Source: Candidatus Woesearchaeota archaeon (GTDB taxonomy: Archaea > Nanobdellota > Nanobdellia > Woesearchaeales > GCA-2686295). From it: 64,000 bases of DNA. The notes beneath the pieces were generated by a model. The model did not search any database. It was not told the origin of the DNA and was given only the letters and a program-made list of their open reading frames with translations. Where the stretch lies: the NCBI GenBank assembly GCA_013202845.1, contig JABMPT010000010.1:59876-123875 (forward strand). Direction: 5' to 3'. The translations under genes and the position numbers were made by a program. Positions 18,927 to 28,405 of the stretch are shown here, one piece after another (position 1 is the stretch's first letter; each line of letters opens with the position of its first letter).

Positions 18927-19904
18927 ATGAATTTTCATAGAATCATGCTTGAAACAATACCAAGGACAGAAGATCTAGAGATAAAGGAGAAATTCGTAGA
19001 GAGGTACAAGGCTCTTTTAGGAAAAGATTATAACAAGTTCATGAAGTATTCTTTTGCATATATCAGAAAGGCAATAAGAGTCAACACTTTGAAAATCTCC
19101 ATTAACAAATTGAAAAAAAGGTTCTCAAAGGATTGGAATATGGAGCAAGTGCCCTGGTGTAAGGAAGGATTTTGGGTTAAGTTCAAGAAAGAAAAAAGGT
19201 TTGACATCGGAAACACTCCCGAACATCAACTGGGTTATATCTATGTGCAGGATGCTGCCAGCATGATACCTGCAATAGTATTAGATCCTAAACCAGGAGA
19301 GAGAGTCTTGGATATGTGCGCTGCTCCAGGCAGCAAGACAACACAATTATCGCAGTACATGAAGAATAAAGGGGTTTTAATTGCAAATGACTCAAATGGC
19401 AAGAGGTTGGCTGCTTTAGGCATAAACCTCCGTAGATGCGGAGTTTCAAATGTTGTAATAACACATCAACAAGGAAACTATTATCGTAAATTAGAGTTTG
19501 ACCGAGTTCTTGTGGATGCCCCTTGCAGCGCAACAGGAACTATAAGAAGGAGCCTGAAAGCATTGTCAATGTGGAGTCCCGGTCTTGTAAGAAAGATGGC
19601 AGGCATCCAAAAACAATTGATAGAAGCAGGTTTCTTGGCATTGAAAAAAGGTGGAACAATGGTTTACAGCACCTGCACTCAAGAACCAGAAGAGAATGAA
19701 GCAATGGTTTCATATTTACTAAAAAAGCATAAAGATGCTAAGCTGGAAGAGATAAAGCTCAACATAAAGAAAAGCAAGCCAATTCTGAAGTTTGAAAACC
19801 TCAAGATAAATCCTGAAGTCAAGAAATGCCTGAGAATATATCCTTTTGATAATAATACCGAGGGCTTTTTTGTCGCTAAAATCAAAAAAGGTAAACCTTT
19901 TTAA
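18927..19904 (+). CDS. NOL1/NOP2/Sun-family RNA cytosine-C5 methyltransferase
   Basis: SAM-binding VLDMCAAPGSKTTQ. Catalytic VDAPCSATGTIRR (motif IV PC, motif VI TC in STCT). Confidence 0.85.
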   Translation: MNFHRIMLETIPRTEDLEIKEKFVERYKALLGKDYNKFMKYSFAYIRKAIRVNTLKISINKLKKRFSKDWNMEQVPWCKEGFWVKFKKEKRFDIGNTPEHQLGYIYVQDAASMIPAIVLDPKPGERVLDMCAAPGSKTTQLSQYMKNKGVLIANDSNGKRLAALGINLRRCGVSNVVITHQQGNYYRKLEFDRVLVDAPCSATGTIRRSLKALSMWSPGLVRKMAGIQKQLIEAGFLALKKGGTMVYSTCTQEPEENEAMVSYLLKKHKDAKLEEIKLNIKKSKPILKFENLKINPEVKKCLRIYPFDNNTEGFFVAKIKKGKPF

Positions 19905-19921
19905 AACTTAATTCTTTACTT

Positions 19922-20761
19922 ATGTTTATGAGCGTAGGTGATGTTATTCCTAGAGATAATTCTTCAACACTAAGGCCCGGACTTGAAAGTATGGTGTTTG
20001 GTGATGGAATTACGGATGGTTTTGAGATACGTAACAAAAATGAATGGCGATTCTTATTCAAAACCGCAGAGGAGAAAATAACTGATTACAGAAAGAACAG
20101 AGGTGTACCTTTAAGAAAAAGATATCAGGATGCAAGTAACTGCATAGATGCAATCATTAAGAATGATGGCTGGAGCATTTCTACAGCTTTCCTTGATTCT
20201 CTTGATAATAGTCTATTGGCTATTATAACACATGTAGACAAACCTCATGTAAGAAAATTGTTTAGAGACGAAAAGCTAGATAGAAACATGGTTGGACATC
20301 TCTACCACAATATCAAGAGCTATAGAGACAGGAAATTCTCTGAGTGCAACAATATTGCTCAACCATACATAAGCGGAACTTCAAAAGAAGTCCAAGACAT
20401 AAAAAAAGTCTTAGTTGGTAGAACCACTTATGTGGAACAGGAAAATGATACAAGAGTTTATATGAGGTTCTGGAAGAACAAATTCACATACTTCAATAAT
20501 GTGCTTGACAGATTGGATGTAGAGGATGTATCACTTCATGATCTTGATGATATAAAGTATATGTCAAGCAAGATTGCTAATAATAGGTATCTTGCCAAGA
20601 AAGAAGAGTTCAAAGAGGAAAGACAGAATCTTCTTTTCAGGCTCGCGAACGCTTATGAAACTGGTAAAAGACATCTTCTGAAAAAAGGTGTTGAACCAAA
20701 AAAAGAGCCTGCATATAAGAGAATTCTAAATAGATTTACACCAAATATTCTTTCAAGATGA
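19922..20761 (+). CDS. Hypothetical protein; overlaps the downstream gene by 4 nt
   Basis: 279-aa ORF, no motif. The stop overlaps the Nnr dehydratase start (ATGA). Confidence 0.4.
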   Translation: MFMSVGDVIPRDNSSTLRPGLESMVFGDGITDGFEIRNKNEWRFLFKTAEEKITDYRKNRGVPLRKRYQDASNCIDAIIKNDGWSISTAFLDSLDNSLLAIITHVDKPHVRKLFRDEKLDRNMVGHLYHNIKSYRDRKFSECNNIAQPYISGTSKEVQDIKKVLVGRTTYVEQENDTRVYMRFWKNKFTYFNNVLDRLDVEDVSLHDLDDIKYMSSKIANNRYLAKKEEFKEERQNLLFRLANAYETGKRHLLKKGVEPKKEPAYKRILNRFTPNILSR

Positions 20762-21534
20762 GAAAAACAGATTCTCATAAAGGACAGAACGGCATTGTTC
20801 TTGTTATCGGTGGTTCTGAAGATTTTATTGGTGCACCTTATTTAGCAACGAGAAGTGTCGCTTGTTTGAGAACCGGACCTGACTTAGTTATACTGGCTTG
20901 TCCTAAAAAAGTGGCATGGGCTGTCAACTGCATGACTCCTGACCTGATAACTAAGAAGTTAAGAGGCAAATACCTGAAGAAAAGCCATGCAAGAAAGATA
21001 TTAAGGATGTCTAAGAAAGCAGATGTTGTACTTCTAGGTCCTGGTTTTGGGCTGAACAAGAAAACTAAAGAATTATTGGAAATCTTGGTCAAAGAGATAA
21101 AAAAGCCCAAAGTTATCGACGCTGACGCATTGAAAGCTATAAGAATTCAAGATGTTAACAACGCTGTTTTCACACCGCACCAGAAAGAGTTTGAGATATT
21201 ATTGCATAATTCTGAACTGACTAAGAAAAACTATAGAAGAAAACTAAAGAATAATATTATCTTATTGAAAGGAAAGATAGACAAAGTCATATCTAAAGAC
21301 AAAGTTAAGAATAATCATACTGGCAACGAAGCCATGACTGTAGGTGGAACAGGTGATGTTCTTGCAGGGCTCGTCGCCGGATATATAGCTCAAGGCAAAA
21401 CACTGTTTGACGCTTCTTTCAGAGCTGCTTATATCAATGGTAAAATAGGGGATAAAACAAGAGAAAAGCTTGGCTATGGCTTGTTAGCTTCTGATTTCTT
21501 GGCTGAGATAGCCAAGTTAAACAAAAAGAAATAG
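20758..21534 (+). CDS. nnr: ADP-dependent NAD(P)H-hydrate dehydratase (YjeF C-terminal/Nnr2 carbohydrate-kinase fold)
   Basis: HKGQNGIVLVIGGSEDFIGAPYLA and GTGDVLAGLVAG motifs. Confidence 0.8.
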   Translation: MRKTDSHKGQNGIVLVIGGSEDFIGAPYLATRSVACLRTGPDLVILACPKKVAWAVNCMTPDLITKKLRGKYLKKSHARKILRMSKKADVVLLGPGFGLNKKTKELLEILVKEIKKPKVIDADALKAIRIQDVNNAVFTPHQKEFEILLHNSELTKKNYRRKLKNNIILLKGKIDKVISKDKVKNNHTGNEAMTVGGTGDVLAGLVAGYIAQGKTLFDASFRAAYINGKIGDKTREKLGYGLLASDFLAEIAKLNKKK

Positions 21535-21610
21535 TTTTTATTACTTCTTAGTTAAAACTAAAGTAAAATTTATAAATCTCGTCTAATTCTCAAGAAATTG
21601 GTGGCAGGAG

Positions 21611-22816
21611 ATGAGTAACCAATTACAAGACATCCAAAGAACAGGATTAGAATTAATAGGAGAAGGATATCTAGAAAACTTAATAGAGGATTCTGATAGG
21701 TTACAACAAAAAGACAAAGCATACAAATCTCTAGGGAAAAAACCGGATCACTTTATATCACAATATGAGAAACCAACAAATCCTATAAGAAAGGCAAGAG
21801 ATGTCATAAGAGATCTTGAAGGAGTAGAAGTAACATCAATAATTCTAAAACAACAATTAAAAGATGCAAATGAAAAAGTTGCTGATTATGAAAAAAATCA
21901 TGAGATAGTAAAAAGAGTCAAAAATCCTGTAGAACTAACAGCGATTGTTTATTCTGGAGAAGATTATTTTAAAACAAAAAGCATAAGGGTGGCGATACCA
22001 ATCTCAGAAAAACAATACATAAAATCCAACGCAAAGTCAGTGATAAACGCGCTTTACAAAGACATAGAGAAAATGTTCATAGAAGCTCTTAATGAAACTG
22101 TGAAGAATTACGAAATAAAATCAAAATTACCTGGAAAATACCTGGAGTTTAGAGCAATTCCAGAAGATGCATCATTAGCACTCATTGTTGAACAAGTTTC
22201 AGATAAGATGAACGAAATAGCAAATAAAAGAAATCATGACATAACTCAAACCAACAATATCACTATGAAATTCTTCTATGACAAAACAGGAGCGTTGGCC
22301 TACTTGAAAAAAGAGCTTTTAGAAGAAAAAACTATACCAACAAGGAAAAGACCAGGTCCGAAAAGAAAAATTGATTCGAATGCAACAGGGTTCCCAATGC
22401 AACAGGTAAGGACGGATCTTGAAGCTGCACTCCTAGAAGAAGGGTTTGTACTATCAAACGTTTATAATACAACTAGTAATCATCTAAGTAGAGGCATACT
22501 AAGACCTGATGTAAACGGTCGATTGTATAGTGAACACAGAAAAAACGACTACATACAAGGAGAACTCATCAAACAAAGAGTGTTTCATCATGAAAGAGAA
22601 TATGTATCTGTCAAAGAGTTTAAAGAACTAACTGGTCTAAGAGAAACAACATACAGAGCGTGGATATCAAGAAAACATGTACGAACAGAGAAGACAGAAG
22701 ATGGAGTCCAGATGAAAACAGGCTCCTTAAAAAAACATTTAAGTTTGTCTAACTTTTCAACAAACGACCGACACCCGGAAGGGATGTGGGGCAGAAGAAA
22801 AAGGAAGAGAAAATGA
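21611..22816 (+). CDS. Hypothetical protein with a basic C-terminal tail (GRRKRKRK)
   Basis: 401-aa ORF with a TATA-like element about 35 nt upstream. No family recognised. Confidence 0.4.
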   Translation: MSNQLQDIQRTGLELIGEGYLENLIEDSDRLQQKDKAYKSLGKKPDHFISQYEKPTNPIRKARDVIRDLEGVEVTSIILKQQLKDANEKVADYEKNHEIVKRVKNPVELTAIVYSGEDYFKTKSIRVAIPISEKQYIKSNAKSVINALYKDIEKMFIEALNETVKNYEIKSKLPGKYLEFRAIPEDASLALIVEQVSDKMNEIANKRNHDITQTNNITMKFFYDKTGALAYLKKELLEEKTIPTRKRPGPKRKIDSNATGFPMQQVRTDLEAALLEEGFVLSNVYNTTSNHLSRGILRPDVNGRLYSEHRKNDYIQGELIKQRVFHHEREYVSVKEFKELTGLRETTYRAWISRKHVRTEKTEDGVQMKTGSLKKHLSLSNFSTNDRHPEGMWGRRKRKRK

Positions 22817-22844
22817 GAAAATCAGACTTTAGGAATAAACTAGA

Positions 22845-23513
22845 CTAATTCTTATCTATCAATCCTTGCAACAGATTATATGCTCTCATAACGTCTTTTT
22901 TGTTTAGAATAAAAGTCATCTCTGTGCTTGTGGTTATTAATTCTAGGATGTTTATGTTCTCCCAGGCAAACATTCTTACAACGTTTGATATGACTCCTGG
23001 TGTGTGCAAGAATTTTGGATTAAAGTTTAATGATAATGAAACCACATTTTCTTCAATGTTTGATATTGTCTCTTCTTTCAATAGTTCTAAAATCTTATTC
23101 TTATGCTTCTCATTAGTTATTATTACAGATTCGTTATTGCCATGGATAATGTTTAGAACATCGCCTTTTTTATAATTTATTATCTCATATACTTTTCTTA
23201 ACTTTGAGAAGAAAGCAGTTGACTTTACAACGCAGATGTCAACTAAGTTTGTTTTCATAGATATATCAGAATTATAATCAAACTCAGGCACTTTTGCTTC
23301 TTTTTCCTGCAGTTTATCTGCATATCTTCGAAACGCCATAATAATTGCTGAATGCTTCACTTCTTTCCCCAGTTCTTTCTCTATCTCATCCTTGTATCTC
23401 TCTGCTAAACTGGCAAAATTAACTATATTCATAGATAAAGCATGCTGCAATATTGGTTTTTCTTCAACTAATTTTTTCACAATATGGCTTATTGTAGGCA
23501 TAATTAACCACAA
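22845..23513 (-). CDS. ACT-domain-containing putative regulator (COG2150-like)
   Basis: N-terminal helix-turn-helix-like segment, then two beta-alpha-beta-beta-alpha-beta-like blocks (NLVDICVV...; PGVISNVVRMFAWENINILEL) typical of ACT domains. Confidence 0.4.
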   Translation of the reverse strand: MWLIMPTISHIVKKLVEEKPILQHALSMNIVNFASLAERYKDEIEKELGKEVKHSAIIMAFRRYADKLQEKEAKVPEFDYNSDISMKTNLVDICVVKSTAFFSKLRKVYEIINYKKGDVLNIIHGNNESVIITNEKHKNKILELLKEETISNIEENVVSLSLNFNPKFLHTPGVISNVVRMFAWENINILELITTSTEMTFILNKKDVMRAYNLLQGLIDKN

Positions 23514-23612
23514 ATGAATAACAATTTATAAAGTTTTCTGTTATTATAGTAACATTAAGTTTATATACACAGTTATGTTTCTATATGAAAAGATTCAAAG
23601 AGGTACAAAAAA

Positions 23613-24029
23613 ATGCCAACAGGAAACGGAGTTACATTACGCGATATGAAAATTGTTGAAGAGACAGGAATACATCCTATCACAGCAATGAATAAAGAAC
23701 TTCATTATCAAACAATAAACCATGCAGTTATTATACTTCAAGAAATAGGAAACAGCCCTTATATAGGAAGAGATAGAATGCTTTCAGCACTGTCACAGCT
23801 TCAAGAATCTAGAGAGTATGGAGCTCTTGTTAACAATGCAAGCTTGAATGATTACATAAATCAAGCAATTCCAAGAATTGAATCAGCACTACAAGCAATA
23901 TCTCCAGAAGGGCATGAATTCGAGCCTGAAGCAATGGGTCATTTTGCAGACACAGCAATTACACACATTCAAGGAGCAATATATCATTTAAACCAAGGAT
24001 ATGAAACTTTAGAACAAAGAATGAATTAA
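23613..24029 (+). CDS. Hypothetical protein
   Basis: 138-aa ORF with a TATA-like element upstream. Confidence 0.35.
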   Translation: MPTGNGVTLRDMKIVEETGIHPITAMNKELHYQTINHAVIILQEIGNSPYIGRDRMLSALSQLQESREYGALVNNASLNDYINQAIPRIESALQAISPEGHEFEPEAMGHFADTAITHIQGAIYHLNQGYETLEQRMN

Positions 24030-24097
24030 TTTTTTATTTTCTTAAATTATTTTCTTTATTTATTTATCACTTTATATTTCTCAAGCTTCTCTTGAGT

Positions 24098-26053
24098 TCA
24101 TTTTATAGGCATCAAGGTATAAAATATGTTTCCTCCTTCAGGGTTCGCTCTGACATTAACTTCACAGTCAAGTGCTTCACCTATTTCCCTTGCGTTAGAG
24201 AGACCGATTCCTCTTCCTTTTGAATTCTTCTCAAGATAAACTCCTGCTTCCCAAATTGCTTGATAATCTTCTTCACTTAAGGTTTTTCCAGCGTCTATCA
24301 CTTCAAGAGCTAGATGGTTCTCATCTTTTTGATAAAGCTTTACAATAACATCACTATCTTTTGGAGCGTATTTGTCTGCGTTTGTCAGGTTATTCCTCAA
24401 CACCTGCTTGATAATCGGATGAGAGAATACATTTGGTAAATCTTCTTGGATATCAAGTTTAAGATGCACATTCTCCAGAGTTTTATCATATGCATTAACT
24501 GTGTTTGACACAAGTGAACCCATATCCATCTCTTCTGTTTTAATCCTCTCGCCTCTCTCCATTTGTGAAAAAACAGTGAAGTATCCTAACACATCAAAGA
24601 GTTCTTCAGAGCTCGATTTGGCTGCTTCTAGTAAATCTAAATCAACACCAGTCTCTAAAAAGTAGTCAAGAATACCATGTATATTACTCGCAGGGTTCCT
24701 AATATCATGGAGAACTGTACCTATGAACAAATCCTTGGTCTTATTAGCTCTTTTCAAAGCTTCTTCAACTTTCTTGTATTGAATAGACTCTGCTATCTCA
24801 TTAGATACAAACTCTAATAGTTCTAGATCTTTTTCAGAATAAATCTTCTTGTCTGAATAGTTCTGCAGAGCTAAAACTCCTATGACTTCCTCGTCAATTA
24901 TTAAAGGCACACCAAGCCATTGCTTAGATGGAGCGCCTATTAACTCTATTTCCTTTTTTTCTTCAAGTTTATTCATATCATTGTCTGAAAGAAACATTGA
25001 TTTTTTGTTTTTTATCACATGGGCTGTGAGCCCATTGCCTAAAGGTATGGCTTCTTCTGGCCCTTTATCTTTTTCATCTTTGTAAAAAGGGAATGATAAC
25101 TCATCTCTTTCTTTATCATAAAAAGCTATATAGAAATTATCAGTATTTACAACCTTGCTTAAGCTGATATCTATTGTTCCAATAAGCTCATCAAGACTTG
25201 TTGTTCTATGAGTTGCTTCAGATATATTGTACAATGCTTTTTGCAGTTGTTCTGCTTTCTCTCTCTCTGTGATGTCTTTGACAAAGCTTATTTTCATACC
25301 ATGAAACAAATTAGTAGTTGCAAATGATAGTGTTCGTTGCTCTCCATCCTTGTGTGTTATCACAGTTTCGTTTTCTTCTGCAAATAATTCTTGATATTCT
25401 TTATCAGGAGAGATTTTCTCTAAGAAAGTTTGGAGGTCTAGTATATCGTCACTTGGGTAACCTGTGATTTTTTCCAATTTAGGGTTATAAATCAAAACTT
25501 TTCCATCTTTGCCAGAAACCAGGATTCCATAAGGTGCAGAGTCAATAGAGAGGCTGTATTTTTCTTCACTTTGTTTTAACTTATGTTGGGCTTTTATTTG
25601 TTCTGTTATATCTCTGATAATTCCTTGATAAATTAGATTTCCTTTCTCATCCTCTGATATAGTAGAAGTTAGTAAACAATCAACTATTGTACCATCTTTT
25701 TTCTTTAACTGTACTTCCATACCCTTTACATGACCTTTCTTTTTTATTTCTTCAATAAACCTTTCTCTATCTTCAAGATTAACATATAACTCAGAAACAC
25801 TTGTTTTCAAAAGATCTTCTCTTTCATAACCAAATAAGTCTAAAGCAGCTTGATTAAAATCTATTATCTTACCCTCTCTGCTAGAAATATATAGAGCATC
25901 CGTTGAGCTTTCGAAAAGGTCACGGTACTTTTCTTCGCTTAATAGGTTACTTATAAGTTGTATTTCTTCAGGTTTAAGCTTACCAATTGTTTCATTACTC
26001 AGAATTCCTTCTAATTTTTCTCTAGTCATTTTTTCAAGTTTATCTCCTGTCAT
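24098..26053 (-). CDS. Cytoplasmic multi-PAS/GAF sensor histidine kinase
   Basis: PAS-like blocks. H-box GTVLHDIRNPASNIHG. HATPase_c G-boxes GRGIGLSNAREI. Confidence 0.8.
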   Translation of the reverse strand: MTGDKLEKMTREKLEGILSNETIGKLKPEEIQLISNLLSEEKYRDLFESSTDALYISSREGKIIDFNQAALDLFGYEREDLLKTSVSELYVNLEDRERFIEEIKKKGHVKGMEVQLKKKDGTIVDCLLTSTISEDEKGNLIYQGIIRDITEQIKAQHKLKQSEEKYSLSIDSAPYGILVSGKDGKVLIYNPKLEKITGYPSDDILDLQTFLEKISPDKEYQELFAEENETVITHKDGEQRTLSFATTNLFHGMKISFVKDITEREKAEQLQKALYNISEATHRTTSLDELIGTIDISLSKVVNTDNFYIAFYDKERDELSFPFYKDEKDKGPEEAIPLGNGLTAHVIKNKKSMFLSDNDMNKLEEKKEIELIGAPSKQWLGVPLIIDEEVIGVLALQNYSDKKIYSEKDLELLEFVSNEIAESIQYKKVEEALKRANKTKDLFIGTVLHDIRNPASNIHGILDYFLETGVDLDLLEAAKSSSEELFDVLGYFTVFSQMERGERIKTEEMDMGSLVSNTVNAYDKTLENVHLKLDIQEDLPNVFSHPIIKQVLRNNLTNADKYAPKDSDVIVKLYQKDENHLALEVIDAGKTLSEEDYQAIWEAGVYLEKNSKGRGIGLSNAREIGEALDCEVNVRANPEGGNIFYTLMPIK

Positions 26054-26127
26054 AAATGCTTTCGAATATGTAGATTTTAACTATCTAATAGTGGAAATTC
26101 AAGATTCTTTTTAAAGATATAGTGAAA

Positions 26128-26565
26128 TTATTTCCTTGCTTTCTCTATTCTACCATGCAATAAAGCTTCCAAAGACTGATCATTAACCTTTATGACCTGC
26201 CATCTCACACCCGGGATATCTCCTTTAGAACGACCCATTGTACCACCGATGCATTCAATCATAACTTCATCGTGCTCATCAATCAACTTTGAAGCTCCAT
26301 CACCAGGACAAAAAGCAGTAACTTGCTTCCCATTCTTAATAAGCTGCACACGAACACATTTTCTCATAGCAGAGTTTGGCTGTTTTGCCTCTAACTGGAC
26401 TTTTTCAAGAACTATGGCTGAAGCTTGTGAAGCTCCTCCCAAAGGATCAGCTTTCTTCTTCAAGTCAAAAGCTTTCTTAACAAACCATTTATCAGAATAG
26501 CGAGACTTCTTTCTTCTCTTCATCAATTTCTTAGCTGCATTGATTCCTTTTGATTTGCTTGCCAT
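26128..26565 (-). CDS. rps12: Ribosomal protein S12 (uS12)
   Basis: [30 protein letters not shown]. Confidence 0.9.
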   Translation of the reverse strand: MASKSKGINAAKKLMKRRKKSRYSDKWFVKKAFDLKKKADPLGGASQASAIVLEKVQLEAKQPNSAMRKCVRVQLIKNGKQVTAFCPGDGASKLIDEHDEVMIECIGGTMGRSKGDIPGVRWQVIKVNDQSLEALLHGRIEKARK

Positions 26566-26601
26566 GTTATCCTCGGAAAATATGACTATTTATAAATATT
26601 A

Positions 26602-27018
26602 CTAAACAACTTTTATCTCTTTCAATTCAGGAAAATACTTCTGTACTATCTCTTCTGTCTCTCTCAGGTTCTTAGCTTTTGAACCTATCATCAAGCCCTT
26701 GGTCTTTGTGTCAGGACCAATTATGGTAACAACGCCATCTTCTTCAGAGATCTTCACAACTTTCAGCGGGGCTATCAAGTTCTGTATGAACTGCAATAAA
26801 TTCTCATTATACTCTATAATCCTTATCTGTTTACTCAATAACTTCTCAAGTTTTAACAGATGCATCTTGTTCTTACCAAGAGCTTTCATCATCAAGCCCT
26901 GATTCACCATGAAAGTGAGTTTCTCCTTGAAATAGAAGCATTCCTTTACATTAATACGAGTTATCTTTTCAAAAAGATTAATGTGCCTTATCAAATCCAA
27001 ATCGTATTTTACACTCAT
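26602..27018 (-). CDS. nusA: Archaeal NusA-like KH-domain protein
   Basis: Two KH-like segments (GKNKMHLLKLEKLL; GSKAKNLRETEEIV). Conserved position between L30e and S12. Confidence 0.75.
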   Translation of the reverse strand: MSVKYDLDLIRHINLFEKITRINVKECFYFKEKLTFMVNQGLMMKALGKNKMHLLKLEKLLSKQIRIIEYNENLLQFIQNLIAPLKVVKISEEDGVVTIIGPDTKTKGLMIGSKAKNLRETEEIVQKYFPELKEIKVV

Positions 27019-27275
27019 CTTAGAATTCCAATTATTGATACTGAAAAAGGTTTTTTACAAAACACTCCGAGCTCGTCGTTTGGCATATCCAGTTCCTCAA
27101 CTGTAACCTCTTCAAAGCTAGCATACTGTTTTACATCTGCAACAGTGCCTGAATTACAGTTAGAACTTAAGAAAACCTTTTCAATCTTTCCTAACTTCAA
27201 ATTCTTCAAAACCCTGTCTGTTCCAATGACAAGTTTCTCATTTCCTAATAATTTCTTTATTTCAGCAACAGTCAT
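27015..27275 (-). CDS. rpl30e: Ribosomal protein L30e
   Basis: KLVIGTDRVLKNLKLGKIEKVFLSSNC...PFSVSIIGI. Confidence 0.85.
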   Translation of the reverse strand: MTVAEIKKLLGNEKLVIGTDRVLKNLKLGKIEKVFLSSNCNSGTVADVKQYASFEEVTVEELDMPNDELGVFCKKPFSVSIIGILR

Positions 27276-28405
27276 TTTGTCTTTGTCACCAATCCTGGCA
27301 ATCCAGTACCTACTGGTACCAATTGATTCATCATGACATTCTCAATAACACTGTTCAAGTAATCAACTTCTCCTGTCAATGCAGCATTAATAACATGATT
27401 AATAGGTGTTTCAAAAGAAGCTCTGGCCAAAACACTTGGTTTCTCCTTGACAATACCATATCTGTTTATACCCATAACCTTTCCAGACATACACATCGCA
27501 TCTGCAACGAGCATTATATGCCTTATGTCAATATTTATTCCCTGAGCATCCAGTACTTTCAAAACCTCATTTATGATTATCTGTCTTGTAGCCTCTACTC
27601 CAAGCATACCCTCAATCTCAAACAAGTCATTACTGACTGTTCTTGTTGTATCGACATATTCTTTCTTCAGTATCTCTTTCAGATTAGAACCTGCTGTAAC
27701 AATGAGATATTCTTCCCCTCTTTTAACAGGCAACACCTGTGTTATGCCTTTGACACCTGATATGAAAGCATCCTTTATCTTTTCCTTTAATTTGTAAATC
27801 TCATTCAATGCCTCGTCTTTTGAGTTTGAAGTAACAATGATTGAATAATCCTTTTGCTTCTTGAATTTGAATTTTTTGAAAGTCTTTGACAGAATTTTTG
27901 TGGCTTTTTCCTCTGTTAAGCCAGCGTTTTTAAGCTTTGATTTTTTCATCAGAATAGTCATCTGAAGATTTGCAATGTTTATTGAAATCTCTTGCAAGAA
28001 AGCCTGTAATGTAGTCTCTTTCATATTCTCAGCCAGTTTCTTGATATTCTTACCGGTTGAATAAGGTTTTTTCAGATAAACCTCCATCATTTTGGTGTTT
28101 ATGTTCTTTCTTCCGTCAAGAATCTCTATCAATCTTGGCAATCCTGTTGTGACATTTAACTCTGAAACTCCTGCAAAATGGAATGTGTTCAAGGTCATCT
28201 GTGTACCTGGCTCACCGATTGACTCAGCACCCACCAAACCAACGCTCTCTCCTGGTTGAGCTAATGATCTTCTGTACTCTGAATACACTGCTTCCAGTAT
28301 CTTCTTTACTTTTGCCTCTGAACATTTAGCAGGCAAATGCTCTTTCACTTCTTCCAATATCTTTTCCGGAATTTTATCCTCATATTGTTTGAATTGTTTT
28401 GTCAT
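27272..28405 (-). CDS. rpoA2: DNA-directed RNA polymerase subunit A''
   Basis: GESVGLVGAESIGEPGTQMTLNTFHFAGV is the trigger-loop region of the largest-subunit C-terminal part. Confidence 0.95.
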   Translation of the reverse strand: MTKQFKQYEDKIPEKILEEVKEHLPAKCSEAKVKKILEAVYSEYRRSLAQPGESVGLVGAESIGEPGTQMTLNTFHFAGVSELNVTTGLPRLIEILDGRKNINTKMMEVYLKKPYSTGKNIKKLAENMKETTLQAFLQEISINIANLQMTILMKKSKLKNAGLTEEKATKILSKTFKKFKFKKQKDYSIIVTSNSKDEALNEIYKLKEKIKDAFISGVKGITQVLPVKRGEEYLIVTAGSNLKEILKKEYVDTTRTVSNDLFEIEGMLGVEATRQIIINEVLKVLDAQGINIDIRHIMLVADAMCMSGKVMGINRYGIVKEKPSVLARASFETPINHVINAALTGEVDYLNSVIENVMMNQLVPVGTGLPGLVTKTK

